A DNA stretch of 64,000 nt from a virus. The notes under the pieces were generated by a model that was not told the DNA's origin, did not search any database, and saw only the letters and a program-made list of their open reading frames with translations. A program made the translations under genes and the position numbers. Below are positions 28,887 to 39,516 of the stretch, in pieces. The DNA is taken from the IMG/VR virus record IMGVR_UViG_3300047678_000169, positions 1 through 64,000 of that record. One strand, given 5' to 3'. Position 1 is the first letter of the stretch, and every line of letters begins with the position of its first letter.

Positions 28887-30073
28887 TTGTTCACAGCAAT
28901 ACCATATTCCATTCCATATGCCTTATCGATAGATTGTCTGATGGCTCTTGCTCCGGCAACCGTTCCCATTGGGTGTCCGTGAATGGCTCCCCCAACGTTT
29001 GCCATATAATCTACTCCAAATCGTTTGTTGATACCTTCAATCAATCCGGCGTGCATACCACAGCTCAAAGCTGGGACTACGTTTCCATCACGAAGAACCT
29101 TTAAGGTCTTTTGCAAATCTTCTTCTGATTCGCTCATATATCCACCCCACATTCCTGAATGGATTGTGTCAGCTCCCATCAAGGCAGCTAGCTGACAGAT
29201 AATATCCCAAGCGATGCTGAAGCGGTGTGATTTGTCGGTGAATACTTTGTCGCCACTCTTTTGAAAGTGAAGATACAACGGGAGGTCCAATCTTCTAACT
29301 GAATTATATGCTCCAAGACCACACCAAACATTCAAGTGAATACCATTGCCACCAGCATCAGCAACAAATTTGGCTCTGTCCAAGATAGCGTGTGGGTCAG
29401 CATTGATGGCGGTGCAATAGACCACCTTGCGGCTTTGATTGTTGAGCCAATTTGAAATCAATGGAACTCTTTCCTTTAAAGAACACACCGATGGGTTGGA
29501 TAGAATTTCGTCTTCTTTGATAAAATCTACTCCACCATCAACCAACTCCTTTACCATTTCCAATAGAATCTTTGGAGAAATTCCAGTTTTTGGTTTGATG
29601 ATAGCTCCAAACAGAGGCTTGTCATATTGGCCTGTGTAGTTTCTCATTCCGGAGAAACCGTATTTTGGTCCTTTAAAATGCTTCTTGACGTTATCAGGAA
29701 TATCTAAACCAATCAAACGACAGCCTTGAATTATGTCAATATCCATTTGTCCTCCCATTAGTTGACACAATAGGTGAGAAATACCATCATCTTCCCAATC
29801 GGTGTTTGCTACTGGAAATCCAATTCTAATGTCTCCATGTGTCTTCTTTCGTAGGTCATCTTCAGTAAATTCGGTTATAACAATACACGAATGATTTTCA
29901 AATAATTCATCTGTTTCGTGAATGCTACGCACGTTTGGATTACCAACACTCTGACCAATGGCTAGGTTCCATGCTGCGTCTCTAAGATTTGAGTCGAGCG
30001 TAGAACGCAATTGATACGTGGCAATTACATAATCGTTCTGATTAACATCTGTCAGTGGTTTAAATAACTTCAT
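28868..30073 (-). CDS. RuBisCO-like protein (form IV RLP)
   Basis: GPKYG, IIKPKTG, DFIKEDE, IHSG, PALSCG, GGAIHGHPMG. His294 and Lys334 equivalents appear replaced, so a carboxylase is unlikely. Confidence 0.9.
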   Translation of the reverse strand: MKLFKPLTDVNQNDYVIATYQLRSTLDSNLRDAAWNLAIGQSVGNPNVRSIHETDELFENHSCIVITEFTEDDLRKKTHGDIRIGFPVANTDWEDDGISHLLCQLMGGQMDIDIIQGCRLIGLDIPDNVKKHFKGPKYGFSGMRNYTGQYDKPLFGAIIKPKTGISPKILLEMVKELVDGGVDFIKEDEILSNPSVCSLKERVPLISNWLNNQSRKVVYCTAINADPHAILDRAKFVADAGGNGIHLNVWCGLGAYNSVRRLDLPLYLHFQKSGDKVFTDKSHRFSIAWDIICQLAALMGADTIHSGMWGGYMSESEEDLQKTLKVLRDGNVVPALSCGMHAGLIEGINKRFGVDYMANVGGAIHGHPMGTVAGARAIRQSIDKAYGMEYGIAVNKWGIKS

Positions 30074-30383
30074 ATTTGTCGTTTGGTAGTGAGGGTGATT
30101 TGATGCACAAAACTTTACAGTCTTCGTGAAAAATTGGGTCGGCTACTTCACCAGCATCAATGGTGAATATGTCGCCTTTGGATAATAGCGTTCCACATAT
30201 CGTCATACTTCCTTCTAAGAGGACGTTATGTTCAATAGCTACTTTGTGATAATGCTTGGGCCATTTTTCGTCCTTCTTATGGGTAAGAACACCAATTTCA
30301 ACGTAGTCAGTCTTCCATATCGAAGGATTGAAATTTCCAACGAACCAACCACGATGCATATCACTTAATTTAAGAACTTTCAT
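30060..30383 (-). CDS. cupin-fold protein
   Basis: RGWFVGNF.P, HYHKVAIE, K.PS...DKY. Confidence 0.75.
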   Translation of the reverse strand: MKVLKLSDMHRGWFVGNFNPSIWKTDYVEIGVLTHKKDEKWPKHYHKVAIEHNVLLEGSMTICGTLLSKGDIFTIDAGEVADPIFHEDCKVLCIKSPSLPNDKYEVI

Positions 30384-31135
30384 TTTGAATTCTCAAGTTC
30401 TACAAACTTAGCTAAATCTTCGGGAGTTCCGACAGCGTGATGTTGTTCATTTGGGATGTGATATACACCAACGGAAACTCCTCTATTTATAAGATAGTTG
30501 TATGTTGGGCCAACGTAATACTCTCCATTTGGTGCGGTATCTTTCAAACGAATCATTTCTTCGGCTGAAGACACAAAATCCCTTCCTTGTTTCCAATAAT
30601 GAATTCCGTTGAGGGAGATGTTGCTAATAACCTTTTTCTCCTTTACCTCCACAACATATCCCGACCTATCCAACTTAGCATAACTGTTCTTTGGAGTTTC
30701 TGAAAAGTATGTGACGATTGTTCCTGAATTGTATCTAGCATTGTGTAGAAATAAATCAGAATTCCACCACATTACTTGGTCACAATTTGCCACTACTAAC
30801 TCTTCATTGTTGTCGATTTTGTCCTTAAATAACAAAACAGAAGACGCCGGGCCAGCGGTTACATAATCGATTTCAACAAACTCAGCATTTGGAAGTATTG
30901 AATGAACCACACTCTTGAGCTTGGAAGTGTATGCGTCCTTTCTGACAACGAAATGATACTTGCCAGGCAGATTCAATGACTTGATTGCCTTAACAATCAT
31001 TGGTTCTCCATTAATGTCAATTAGTGGCTTTGGGATAGAATATCCTGCGTCAGCGAAACGTGAGCCGATTCCGGCCATTGGTATTACGATGTTCATACTT
31101 GCTTTGGTGGGTATTTGTGCTTCACTTGATTCCAA
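30380..31135 (-). CDS. sugar-phosphate nucleotidyltransferase (GlmU/RmlA-like fold)
   Basis: MNIVIPMAGIGSRF..GY..PKPLI, NCDQ, EKK.IS, GEYYV, GTPEDL. Probable start MNIVI. Confidence 0.85.
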   Translation of the reverse strand: MESSEAQIPTKASMNIVIPMAGIGSRFADAGYSIPKPLIDINGEPMIVKAIKSLNLPGKYHFVVRKDAYTSKLKSVVHSILPNAEFVEIDYVTAGPASSVLLFKDKIDNNEELVVANCDQVMWWNSDLFLHNARYNSGTIVTYFSETPKNSYAKLDRSGYVVEVKEKKVISNISLNGIHYWKQGRDFVSSAEEMIRLKDTAPNGEYYVGPTYNYLINRGVSVGVYHIPNEQHHAVGTPEDLAKFVELENSK

Positions 31136-31833
31136 TAGTTAATCCAAGATGCTGCTGGTGGGTGGAGTTTGTGATAGAATAATTCATCATCTGGTAAATT
31201 GTTGTAGTCCATATACCATCCGTAGTGATGTGCCTGATACAAACCACCAGTTCTGATGGAATTGGTGGAATAGGCTCCGTGAAAATTTGGGCGATTGAGG
31301 GCGAATGTCGTGTCGATAGTGGCACGATAAACATCTGGCTTCAGTGGTTCTTTCCAAAAAGTTGATTCATGAACGAGGACTTGTTCTTTGAGGGGATAGT
31401 GGTCTGGCAAATCATCAAGCTTCAATCCAAAACCAACCTTGTCAGGATTGAATTCTTGCATGATGTTGTAGAAATGCTCTAAGAAATTCTCAGGACAGTC
31501 TTTTGCTGGAATTACATCATTGTCGGTTAAAACATTATAACTTCCCGTAAACATGGCTCCAAGATAGGTTCTTTCAAACACCAAAGGTCCAGATTCTCCA
31601 TGTTCAAATCGATGAACGGTGAACATCTTACCATCATACGCCTTTAAAAAATCAAGAAGAGGTTGATAGGTAGAACCACAGTCAGCTATATGGAGATTCT
31701 TATACCCTCTACTTGTCAATGCTTCCAATTGTTGAACCATACAGTTCAATCGATTGTGACAGACAATGATAATGGGAATTTCTTTGAAGTTCATGTAAGA
31801 ATATCGAAGTGTAATCCATTTTCTTTCTCCCAT
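31093..31833 (-). CDS. GT2-like glycosyltransferase
   Basis: IIIVCHNR, IADCGSTY, TDND, IDTTFAL. Confidence 0.7.
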   Translation of the reverse strand: MGERKWITLRYSYMNFKEIPIIIVCHNRLNCMVQQLEALTSRGYKNLHIADCGSTYQPLLDFLKAYDGKMFTVHRFEHGESGPLVFERTYLGAMFTGSYNVLTDNDVIPAKDCPENFLEHFYNIMQEFNPDKVGFGLKLDDLPDHYPLKEQVLVHESTFWKEPLKPDVYRATIDTTFALNRPNFHGAYSTNSIRTGGLYQAHHYGWYMDYNNLPDDELFYHKLHPPAASWINYWNQVKHKYPPKQV

Positions 31834-32600
31834 TCCTTTGTGGTGATATTCAAATCAACAGGAGAAAAATGGCTTACACCATGTTTGACATAAGGATATA
31901 AACCAAAACGGGAAGAAAGCCAAGGAAAAACTACTTCTCCATACCATCTATTTTTGATGCGTGTCTTAAAATAAGAATCTGGAGCTTTTTTTAGAAACCA
32001 AGACACAACGCTACCTTTGATAACATAAAAAGTCTCAACGTAAGACCAATTAACATGAGTATATTTTAGTTCGTCAAAAGGTATGTTCTGAACGATTGGC
32101 ATTTCTCCGTGGTCGAACTCTAAATGGTCAAGAGTCTTCCATTGAGTATGTCCGTCAGCCGATTGGCCAACCCCATAATGTCCATAGACACCGATGGAAG
32201 GATTTCTATCCAACAGTGCTTCAATTTCTGTTCTTTTGGATAGAAATTCATTGAGATAGTATTCGAATCTATCCTGACGGTCATTTACTCCACCTTTGGT
32301 ATGGGCGAACCACACGTTCTTATATGGTTCCTTTGTCCTCATTCTCATTGCTTTTAAGGCAGCTTGAGTTCCAGATGCGTCTGACTCACAATATAATTCC
32401 CTCGGCACCACTGATACCACAAGATTTTGGTGTTTGGAGCTCAATATTTTGTTATAGACTTCATTGCAAGTGTCTGGATTGATTCCTACGAATACATCAG
32501 CATCGGCGAAAGTGGTTTCCAATACCTCTAACCACCTATCAATCATCCAAGCTTTGGAAGAGTTGAAAATAGAAACGGAAAATACGACAGCAGATTTCAT
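31791..32600 (-). CDS. putative glycosyltransferase (HTKG motif, rhamnan synthesis F-like)
   Basis: VWFAHTKG motif; glycan-locus context. Confidence 0.5.
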   Translation of the reverse strand: MKSAVVFSVSIFNSSKAWMIDRWLEVLETTFADADVFVGINPDTCNEVYNKILSSKHQNLVVSVVPRELYCESDASGTQAALKAMRMRTKEPYKNVWFAHTKGGVNDRQDRFEYYLNEFLSKRTEIEALLDRNPSIGVYGHYGVGQSADGHTQWKTLDHLEFDHGEMPIVQNIPFDELKYTHVNWSYVETFYVIKGSVVSWFLKKAPDSYFKTRIKNRWYGEVVFPWLSSRFGLYPYVKHGVSHFSPVDLNITTKEWEKENGLHFDILT

Positions 32601-33535
32601 TGAATGTGGTGTTTTAAGTCTTCAACCGAAGCAGCTATTCCAGCATCCATTTCAAATATTGGGCTCCATCCGGTATCTATCCACAATTTGTAATTGCTGA
32701 TGTGGGTGCTTTTAACGTCCCAATCTGGAGGTTTACAATATTCGATTGTAATTTCCGTATTTGTTTCTTTGGATACTTGCCTAATAATATCGTTTATAGA
32801 GTAAGACCTTCCGCTACATACATTGTAGGTTCCGACCAAATCATCTTCAAGAATAGCCTCAATGGCTCGAATAAAATCTAAGTAATAGATAAAATCTTTG
32901 GTCGCCCTGCCATCTCCCCAGATTCTTAAAGTTTCATGTTTAATGGCTGCTTGTATAACCATTGGTATGATGCCCTGTATTTGATTTCTACCATTTGGAA
33001 TGTATTTTCCATATGGATTGGTAATTCTCAAATTCAAATGGTCCGGAGCTTGAGACACTATTCTTTCAGCAAATAGTTTTGCTTGAGCATACCAACCAAT
33101 CGGATTCATATATGTCAGAGATTCATCTTTCTGGACATATAGTTCAGACCCATCGGGAAAAATTGTTCTAGCAATTGCTTCGCCATAAACGGCACCGGTG
33201 GAAAAGAATACAAGTTTGGTTCCACTTTCGGTGGCGTGTTGAGTTAACAATCTGACATTGTGATAATCCTCTGAGGTGTTCCAAGGACTTCTTTTCATTT
33301 CGGCTATCGATGGAACGGTGGTCCATGATAAATGAAACACATAATCAGATTTTTTTAGATAATCGGAGTTGAACAATAGTTTAACATCTTCATAACCTTT
33401 GCCGGGCGTCCTTGAAAAAAGAGTGACTTCATATTTCTGTGGGTCGAGATATGATTTGATTAGTGTTGCTAGGCGGCCACGGCCACCTGTAACAAATACT
33501 CTCTTCTTTCTTTCAGCCATGTTAGTATTTAACAA
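32597..33535 (-). CDS. NAD-dependent epimerase/dehydratase (extended SDR)
   Basis: VFVTGGRGRL, STGAVYG, YAQAK, RITNPYG, WGDG..KDFIY. Confidence 0.88.
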   Translation of the reverse strand: MLNTNMAERKKRVFVTGGRGRLATLIKSYLDPQKYEVTLFSRTPGKGYEDVKLLFNSDYLKKSDYVFHLSWTTVPSIAEMKRSPWNTSEDYHNVRLLTQHATESGTKLVFFSTGAVYGEAIARTIFPDGSELYVQKDESLTYMNPIGWYAQAKLFAERIVSQAPDHLNLRITNPYGKYIPNGRNQIQGIIPMVIQAAIKHETLRIWGDGRATKDFIYYLDFIRAIEAILEDDLVGTYNVCSGRSYSINDIIRQVSKETNTEITIEYCKPPDWDVKSTHISNYKLWIDTGWSPIFEMDAGIAASVEDLKHHIQ

Positions 33536-34124
33536 TCTTTACCAATTTGTCGTTGTTGAAGAATTCTACGCTCTTTATGTTTTCAGATACAAATTTATTC
33601 TCTTCGTAAGATAGATGTGGGCTAGCAAATGAATTGGTTGTTTCCCAATTTCTCAACAAGAAGTCGGTTCTCTCAGCAGCTGGATACAAGGGACAGGTGT
33701 GAAGGTCTTCGATGAAATAAATTCCTCCAGACTTCAAGGCCTTCAATAGAACAAAGAGGCTGACCTGTTGGTGTGGCATTTGGTGTGCTCCATCATCAAC
33801 GATGAAATCAAGAGGTTCCATATCAGGAATCATACTATTCAAGTGCTCTCTATTGGTTTGGTCTAGAATATAGACCTTTTCACAAATACTCTTGTCAAAG
33901 AATGAAGAACAATCATTAATATCCATTCCCCAGAGCTTCATTTCTGGATTATATTCTTTCCACATTCTCAAAGAATCTCCATGCCAAATCCCAATTTCAA
34001 GAAGTTTGACTGGGCCTTCACTTGGGACATATTTCTCATACGTCAATGTATAGGAATGTTTTTCAAACCATTCCGTTCCTTTGTCTGCGTGGTGCTTGTT
34101 AGCAATTTCTGTTAAATTTCTCAT
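33522..34124 (-). CDS. class I SAM sugar O-methyltransferase-like protein
   Basis: DKG..HSY, LLEIG, DQ, IVDDGAH, GGIYFIED. Confidence 0.8.
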   Translation of the reverse strand: MRNLTEIANKHHADKGTEWFEKHSYTLTYEKYVPSEGPVKLLEIGIWHGDSLRMWKEYNPEMKLWGMDINDCSSFFDKSICEKVYILDQTNREHLNSMIPDMEPLDFIVDDGAHQMPHQQVSLFVLLKALKSGGIYFIEDLHTCPLYPAAERTDFLLRNWETTNSFASPHLSYEENKFVSENIKSVEFFNNDKLVKIVKY

Positions 34125-34855
34125 GTTAGTAGTATTGTGTAGTAGTCTTGAGTTTTTCTCATATAGTCGTCAGTCACTTCTGAGCCTGTGGATGGACCAG
34201 AAACAATGAGTCCTCTTAAATAATGTGACCTTAATTCAATCAAGTGTTCGATGTTTTCTTGAAAGTTTGGCATCATTGGTGGATGGATGGATAATAGAGT
34301 TGGAGGAATCTCATTCCTCAAGAATATAGATTTAGCTACAGCATATTCCCCACCCTCAATATCAATCTTTACAAAGTTAATATTACCAGCTTCTTCAATT
34401 ATAGAACTGACATAATCATCTAAGGTCATACACTCCGTTTCAAATGATAGCTCAGGCCTGAAATTTCCAACTCTTGTTACACTTTCTCCAAGTCTATTGT
34501 CGGAGCCCAACGTCATCTTTCCTTTGTAATCAGATAGAGCAAATTGATTCACTATGATGTTGGTGAATCCATTTAATGCTATGTTCTTGAACAGTTCTTC
34601 TTGAGCAACTGGGTCTGGTTCAAAGCAGTGAACTTTCTTGGCTAGTTGGGAGCCGTATAAGACGGTTGGACCTATCCACGCCCCAATGTCCAGATAACTT
34701 CTGTCTTTTACCAAGTGTTCATCAAAAATCTTATAAATTTCCGATTCCCATCCGGAGTTTCCCCAAAATGGTCCGTTCGGAGTTCCTTCTGTAACATTAA
34801 ATGTGAGATTGTTTCTTTTTACGTTCATAGGCCCATATTTTCTTTTTGTGACCAA
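34121..34855 (-). CDS. FkbM-family methyltransferase
   Basis: LDIGAWIG, FEPDP, VKIDIEGGE. Confidence 0.88.
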   Translation of the reverse strand: MVTKRKYGPMNVKRNNLTFNVTEGTPNGPFWGNSGWESEIYKIFDEHLVKDRSYLDIGAWIGPTVLYGSQLAKKVHCFEPDPVAQEELFKNIALNGFTNIIVNQFALSDYKGKMTLGSDNRLGESVTRVGNFRPELSFETECMTLDDYVSSIIEEAGNINFVKIDIEGGEYAVAKSIFLRNEIPPTLLSIHPPMMPNFQENIEHLIELRSHYLRGLIVSGPSTGSEVTDDYMRKTQDYYTILLT

Positions 34856-35520
34856 TTCTTCAAATAGAATTCGTTTTGTTTTGTTTGTCTTTCGATGGTC
34901 TTATCGTGTATCAGAGAGAAATTAACATCAATTGGCAATTCCGCAACAACCTTGGCTCCGGAGATTCTTTCATGTAGCTTTCTCTCCCACTTAATATCAG
35001 ATGTATTTCTATAGATTCTGCCCTGTTTGTCTCCTGAGTTCCAGTTGATAATTGGTAGACCAGGAAACTCTTCCAAGAACGATACATGCCACCCCCATCT
35101 TTTAGCATCGGCCTCGGTCAAACCTCTGACAATATTAACTCTTGGAACCCTATACAACTCTACAGATGGATTCGATTCCAATATCTCATGTATGTTCTCA
35201 ATCAAAAAATCAGAAGGATATTCGTCAGCGTCTATTTGAAATACCCAACGATTTTTACAGTTGAGGGTTCCGAAGTTTTTATGTGCTCCAAAATCCCCAT
35301 CTAAGTTGTGCTTGATTACTCTTCCCAATTTGGAAGATGTGCTGAACAATGGGTGGAAAGCCAGTATCTTCTTAGTCTCTTCATTTGTTGAATTATCATC
35401 AACAATGATGATTTCATCGTCGGTGTTAGCAACGGTGTGATATAGTTTTTCAAGAAGCCGACTCAATTCGTCGGCTTCGTTGTGAACCGTTATCAAGTAA
35501 GAGATACTTGACTTAGCCAT
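34825..35520 (-). CDS. GT2 glycosyltransferase (WaaE-like)
   Basis: ITVHNE, VDDNS, FQIDADE, LHE. Confidence 0.88.
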   Translation of the reverse strand: MAKSSISYLITVHNEADELSRLLEKLYHTVANTDDEIIIVDDNSTNEETKKILAFHPLFSTSSKLGRVIKHNLDGDFGAHKNFGTLNCKNRWVFQIDADEYPSDFLIENIHEILESNPSVELYRVPRVNIVRGLTEADAKRWGWHVSFLEEFPGLPIINWNSGDKQGRIYRNTSDIKWERKLHERISGAKVVAELPIDVNFSLIHDKTIERQTKQNEFYLKNWSQKENMGL

Positions 35521-35523
35521 GAA

Positions 35524-37140
35524 TTACATTCCTTCTTGTGGAATCTGCTGTTGAATTTGCTCGGCCTCATCTTCAATGTCAGCAATCATACATTCGGTGG
35601 TCAATAATAGACCAGCGATGGATGCAGCGTTTTGAAGAGCGGTGCGCGTGACCTTTGTTGGGTCAACAACTCCGGAAACAACCAAGTCTTGATAAACATC
35701 GGTTGCGACATTGTAACCGTAATTTCCCGTGTTCTTCAACACTTCACTTACTACAACGTCTCCACTCTTTCCTGCATTTGAACACAGCATCTTGATTGGG
35801 TGTTCGATGGCTCTACGAACAATTTGAGCTCCAATTTGTTCATCGCCTTCTAACTTGAGAGCGTCAATAACCGAAGCACATCTCAATAGAGCAACTCCTC
35901 CACCCGGAACAATTCCCTCTTCAACTGCGGCACGTGTTGCGTGCAAGGCATCTTCAACACGGTCTTTCTTTTCTTTCATTTCGGATTCGGTGGCTGCGCC
36001 CGTGTGGACAACTGCAACTCCGCCAGTTAGTTTGGCAAGGCGTTCTTGAAGCTTCTCACGCTCGAAGTCAGAAGTCGATTTCTCAATTTCATTCTTAATG
36101 AGCTTAATACGAACTTCAATGGCAGCTGGTTTGCCCGTTCCGCCGATGATGGTGGTGCTATCCTTTGTTACAATAATCTTCTTAGCCTGACCCAAATCAG
36201 CAAAGGTTAATTTGTCAAGATTGAGCCCAAGCTCAGAGGTAATCAATTTTGCTCCAGTGATGGTCGCAATGTCCTCGAGGGTAGCACGGCGTCTATCACC
36301 AAATCCAGGTGCCTTAACAGCACATGAAACGAAAGCTCCACGAACTCTGTTTACAACCATAAAGGCGAGAGCATCACCCTCAACATCTTCAGCTATAACA
36401 AGGAGCTTCTTTCCCATCTTAGCAATTTCTGTAAAGAATTTGGCCAATGGGGCTATGGTGGTGAGCTTCTTTTCGATAACCAGAACCAAAGCGTCATCAA
36501 GAACAGCTTGTTGGGTTTCTTGGTCTGCAAAATAAGCGGAAATGAATCCCTTATCGAACTGCATACCCTCAACGACCTCAAGAGTCGTATCCATTGAGCT
36601 AGCTTCTTCAACGGTGATTGTTCCATCCTTACCAACCTTATCCATGGCGTCGGCAATAATGTTACCAATTGAGGTATCCCAGTTGGCGGAGACGGTGGCG
36701 ACCTGGCGAATCTCTTCGCTGCTGCTTACCTTTTTAGAGATTTTGGCTAATTCTGCTACAGCAGCTACTACAGCCTTGTCGATACCACGCTTCAAATACA
36801 CCGGATTTGCGCCAGCGGCTACGGTCTTTAGACCTTCACGATAGATTGCGGATGCAAGAACCGTTGCGGTGGTTGTTCCGTCTCCGGCCAAATCGTTGGT
36901 CTTGGAAGCAACTTCTTTTACCATTTGAGCACCCATGTTCTCAAACTTATCTTTGAGTTGAATAGACTTAGCAACCGTAACTCCGTCTTTGGTAATCAAT
37001 GGAGAACCAAATCCACGTTCGATGGCGACATTGCGACCCTTGGGCCCCAATGTTACACTGACCGCATTTGATAGGGTTGTTACTCCAGCCAAGATTTTAT
37101 TTCTGGCCTCTGCACTAAATAGGATTTCTTTTGATTTCAT
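35524..37140 (-). CDS. groL: chaperonin GroEL
   Basis: [43 protein letters not shown]; no GGM tail. Confidence 0.97.
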   Translation of the reverse strand: MKSKEILFSAEARNKILAGVTTLSNAVSVTLGPKGRNVAIERGFGSPLITKDGVTVAKSIQLKDKFENMGAQMVKEVASKTNDLAGDGTTTATVLASAIYREGLKTVAAGANPVYLKRGIDKAVVAAVAELAKISKKVSSSEEIRQVATVSANWDTSIGNIIADAMDKVGKDGTITVEEASSMDTTLEVVEGMQFDKGFISAYFADQETQQAVLDDALVLVIEKKLTTIAPLAKFFTEIAKMGKKLLVIAEDVEGDALAFMVVNRVRGAFVSCAVKAPGFGDRRRATLEDIATITGAKLITSELGLNLDKLTFADLGQAKKIIVTKDSTTIIGGTGKPAAIEVRIKLIKNEIEKSTSDFEREKLQERLAKLTGGVAVVHTGAATESEMKEKKDRVEDALHATRAAVEEGIVPGGGVALLRCASVIDALKLEGDEQIGAQIVRRAIEHPIKMLCSNAGKSGDVVVSEVLKNTGNYGYNVATDVYQDLVVSGVVDPTKVTRTALQNAASIAGLLLTTECMIADIEDEAEQIQQQIPQEGM

Positions 37141-37142
37141 AA

Positions 37143-37436
37143 TTATTTCTCGACTCCGAGGATTTCTTCGATGTGTAGAAGATAGTGTTTGGCACCATCA
37201 ACCTTAAATTCATTTCTTAGGTTCTTAGGAACAATAGCGGTAGCCTCAGGAACAAGCTCTTCTGGAACTTGAACGTCCTTGGTTCCCTTACCGACAGCTA
37301 TTACAACGGCTCTATTGAGTCCATCAACTGCTGTAGGTGGTATGTAAAGTTCAAAATCACCTGATTTTGTGGTTTCTTCGGCCTCAACAAGTCTTACTAA
37401 GACCATGTTGCCAAGTGGAATTATTGTTTTGCTCAT
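37143..37436 (-). CDS. groS: co-chaperonin GroES (divergent)
   Basis: [22 protein letters not shown]; adjacent to groL. Confidence 0.85.
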   Translation of the reverse strand: MSKTIIPLGNMVLVRLVEAEETTKSGDFELYIPPTAVDGLNRAVVIAVGKGTKDVQVPEELVPEATAIVPKNLRNEFKVDGAKHYLLHIEEILGVEK

Positions 37437-38722
37437 AGTTTTTCGATTTTCTTAAATTTAGGTAATACCAACTGAACTTTCTTTTCAAAGACTGGTAAAT
37501 GTTTTTCTATAACTTCAATCAACAACTTGTTACCAGCCTCAAGGGTGAACTTTTCAGAATTCTCAAGTCGGAGTTTTTCCGCATTTGGGACGTAGTTGAT
37601 GTAATTTTCAAATACATCATTCATCTTACCAGCTGCGACACTGTAGTTTACGGTATACCAGTTTCCTTCTTTGACAATCCATTCATTGACTGCTGAATCG
37701 GGTATGTTGGTCAATGTTCCAGGCAACAATACCGCTAAGGTCTTTGGTAAAAAGTCCAATTGACCTGACCAACCAGAAGCAATTACTGGCTTGCCACTCA
37801 ACGATGCTTCTAGTAGAGGGCGACCAAATCCTTCTCCGTGAGTAAAGCAAACGTGTGCTTTTACCTTTGGGTGATTGTATAGTCGATTCATTTCTTCAAG
37901 GCTTAGGTCGCCATGAACAAGATAGACGTTTGGTAAGTTTCCTTCCAATCCATGACGGGCACGATTAATCTTCTTCAAGATTTCATCCTTATCCATTTGA
38001 GAGAAATTGGCTCCAGAAGTCTTTAGAATCAATGCCGGTGCGTTCTTTTTATTCTTAAACACTTCACTGAACACCTTGACCAACATTCCAATATCCTTGC
38101 GGTCGGCTCCCAAGTCTCCTTGTAGCCAGTGACCAACCATCAAGAAACCAAATGTCTCTGGAATACTATTCATCATTTGGTCAATCGCAGGATTTTCCTT
38201 TTGGGTCTTTTTAAAGATGGATGTGTTCACCCCTTCAAATGCCACTTCGATTGGCTTGTTGAGAGCAACAGCCTCTTGGCGGCCGTCTGGATGGGTTCTT
38301 GTAAATGAAGCCTTAACAAATACATCCTTTGCAAATTTAGAAGGGACGATGTTAAGATTCATTCTGTTCAAACCATCAATCCATTCAGCCTTCGGTAAGG
38401 TTGTTTCAATACCGGCGGTGATACCAATGTTGAATTTACCCATTGCTTGAAATTCATTTGGTATGGATACCTGAACGAATAGTTCTGGCTGAGTGGTGAT
38501 AGGTGCTGTAGCAATTGCTGCTCTAATCAAAGCGCTGTTTGGGTCTTCGTCCGTGTCCAAAGCAGTGTTTGGACAAGCCCCCCAACGCATAGGAATGATT
38601 TTCAAATCAAACTTTCCCCAGTTGATGAGTGCGATGCATATCTGCCTCATGTGGTCCCCATACCCGCTCCGAGATTGGACGGGTCCCTGTATTACACAAA
38701 TTGGTTTTATTTCTTGATTCAT
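37433..38722 (-). CDS. GT4 (GT-B) glycosyltransferase
   Basis: SRSGYG, GEGFGRPLLEA, PVIASGWSG. Confidence 0.88.
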   Translation of the reverse strand: MNQEIKPICVIQGPVQSRSGYGDHMRQICIALINWGKFDLKIIPMRWGACPNTALDTDEDPNSALIRAAIATAPITTQPELFVQVSIPNEFQAMGKFNIGITAGIETTLPKAEWIDGLNRMNLNIVPSKFAKDVFVKASFTRTHPDGRQEAVALNKPIEVAFEGVNTSIFKKTQKENPAIDQMMNSIPETFGFLMVGHWLQGDLGADRKDIGMLVKVFSEVFKNKKNAPALILKTSGANFSQMDKDEILKKINRARHGLEGNLPNVYLVHGDLSLEEMNRLYNHPKVKAHVCFTHGEGFGRPLLEASLSGKPVIASGWSGQLDFLPKTLAVLLPGTLTNIPDSAVNEWIVKEGNWYTVNYSVAAGKMNDVFENYINYVPNAEKLRLENSEKFTLEAGNKLLIEVIEKHLPVFEKKVQLVLPKFKKIEKL

Positions 38723-39516
38723 AGGTCTAAATTGGTTTCTGTGATTATCTTGTAAGACATTTCATTTGTCAAACAATATTGTTGTGCGGCTTTTGTTTTT
38801 GCCATAATCTTTGGTTGTTTTAGTAAATTTGTAGGCTTGACTTCGTGTATCTCTGTTTGATTTATTAAGAAGTCTGGGACATAATATCTATTGACGTTCG
38901 TGGTTGGGTCAAAGTATTGAATGTGGACACCATGTTTCTTAGTCCATTTGATTCCGGAAAAGTCCATGATTTCCATGTATTTTTTCTCGTAGGAGCTTTC
39001 ATAATACTCTTTGGTTCCGTCTGGCTTCTTGTGCCAACCCTTAACGAAGCGATGTTGATTTTTGAGAGTTCCATTGGCTAATTTTCGGGAAATGGTTTCT
39101 GATACTTTTTGTCCAAGAGCTTTATAGTCGGTTTTTCTTTTTGATAAATCGATTTCTCCATTATCATACATCCTCTGTATTATTATGGAGTTTTTCTTTG
39201 ATAGTTTTTGTAATCGTTTGTCTGTTTTCTTAGATTTTCCCGTTGCCCAAGGTTCTCCAAAATTATATCCATTGCCCGGTTTTGCTAATTGAGGATGTGT
39301 GTCCTTTGTCAGACCATTGTTCCAACTGCCTCCATGATTTTTTGACCATTTACAAAATCCACGCTTAGCGTTTTCTCTCCTTTCTTCAAGCCGTCTGGGG
39401 TCTGAATTGGAACACTTCTTGCTACAGTATTTAGCAATGTCTTTACGATAGGTTCCGACGTAAAATGTGGAGCTACATACCTCACAATGTTTTTGAATTG
39501 GTTCTTTTCTTTTCAT
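38719..39516 (-). mobile_element. homing endonuclease, Zn finger plus TnsA-like PD-(D/E)XK domain
   Basis: CEVC..YCSKKC, WNNGLTK, YESSYE, YVPDF, EVKP. Confidence 0.75.

Noticed and set aside
28868-30073. Bona fide CO2-fixing RuBisCO (rbcL)
   Set aside because: H294 and K334 equivalents appear substituted, the motif is KEDE, and there is no small subunit or phosphoribulokinase; this fits form IV.
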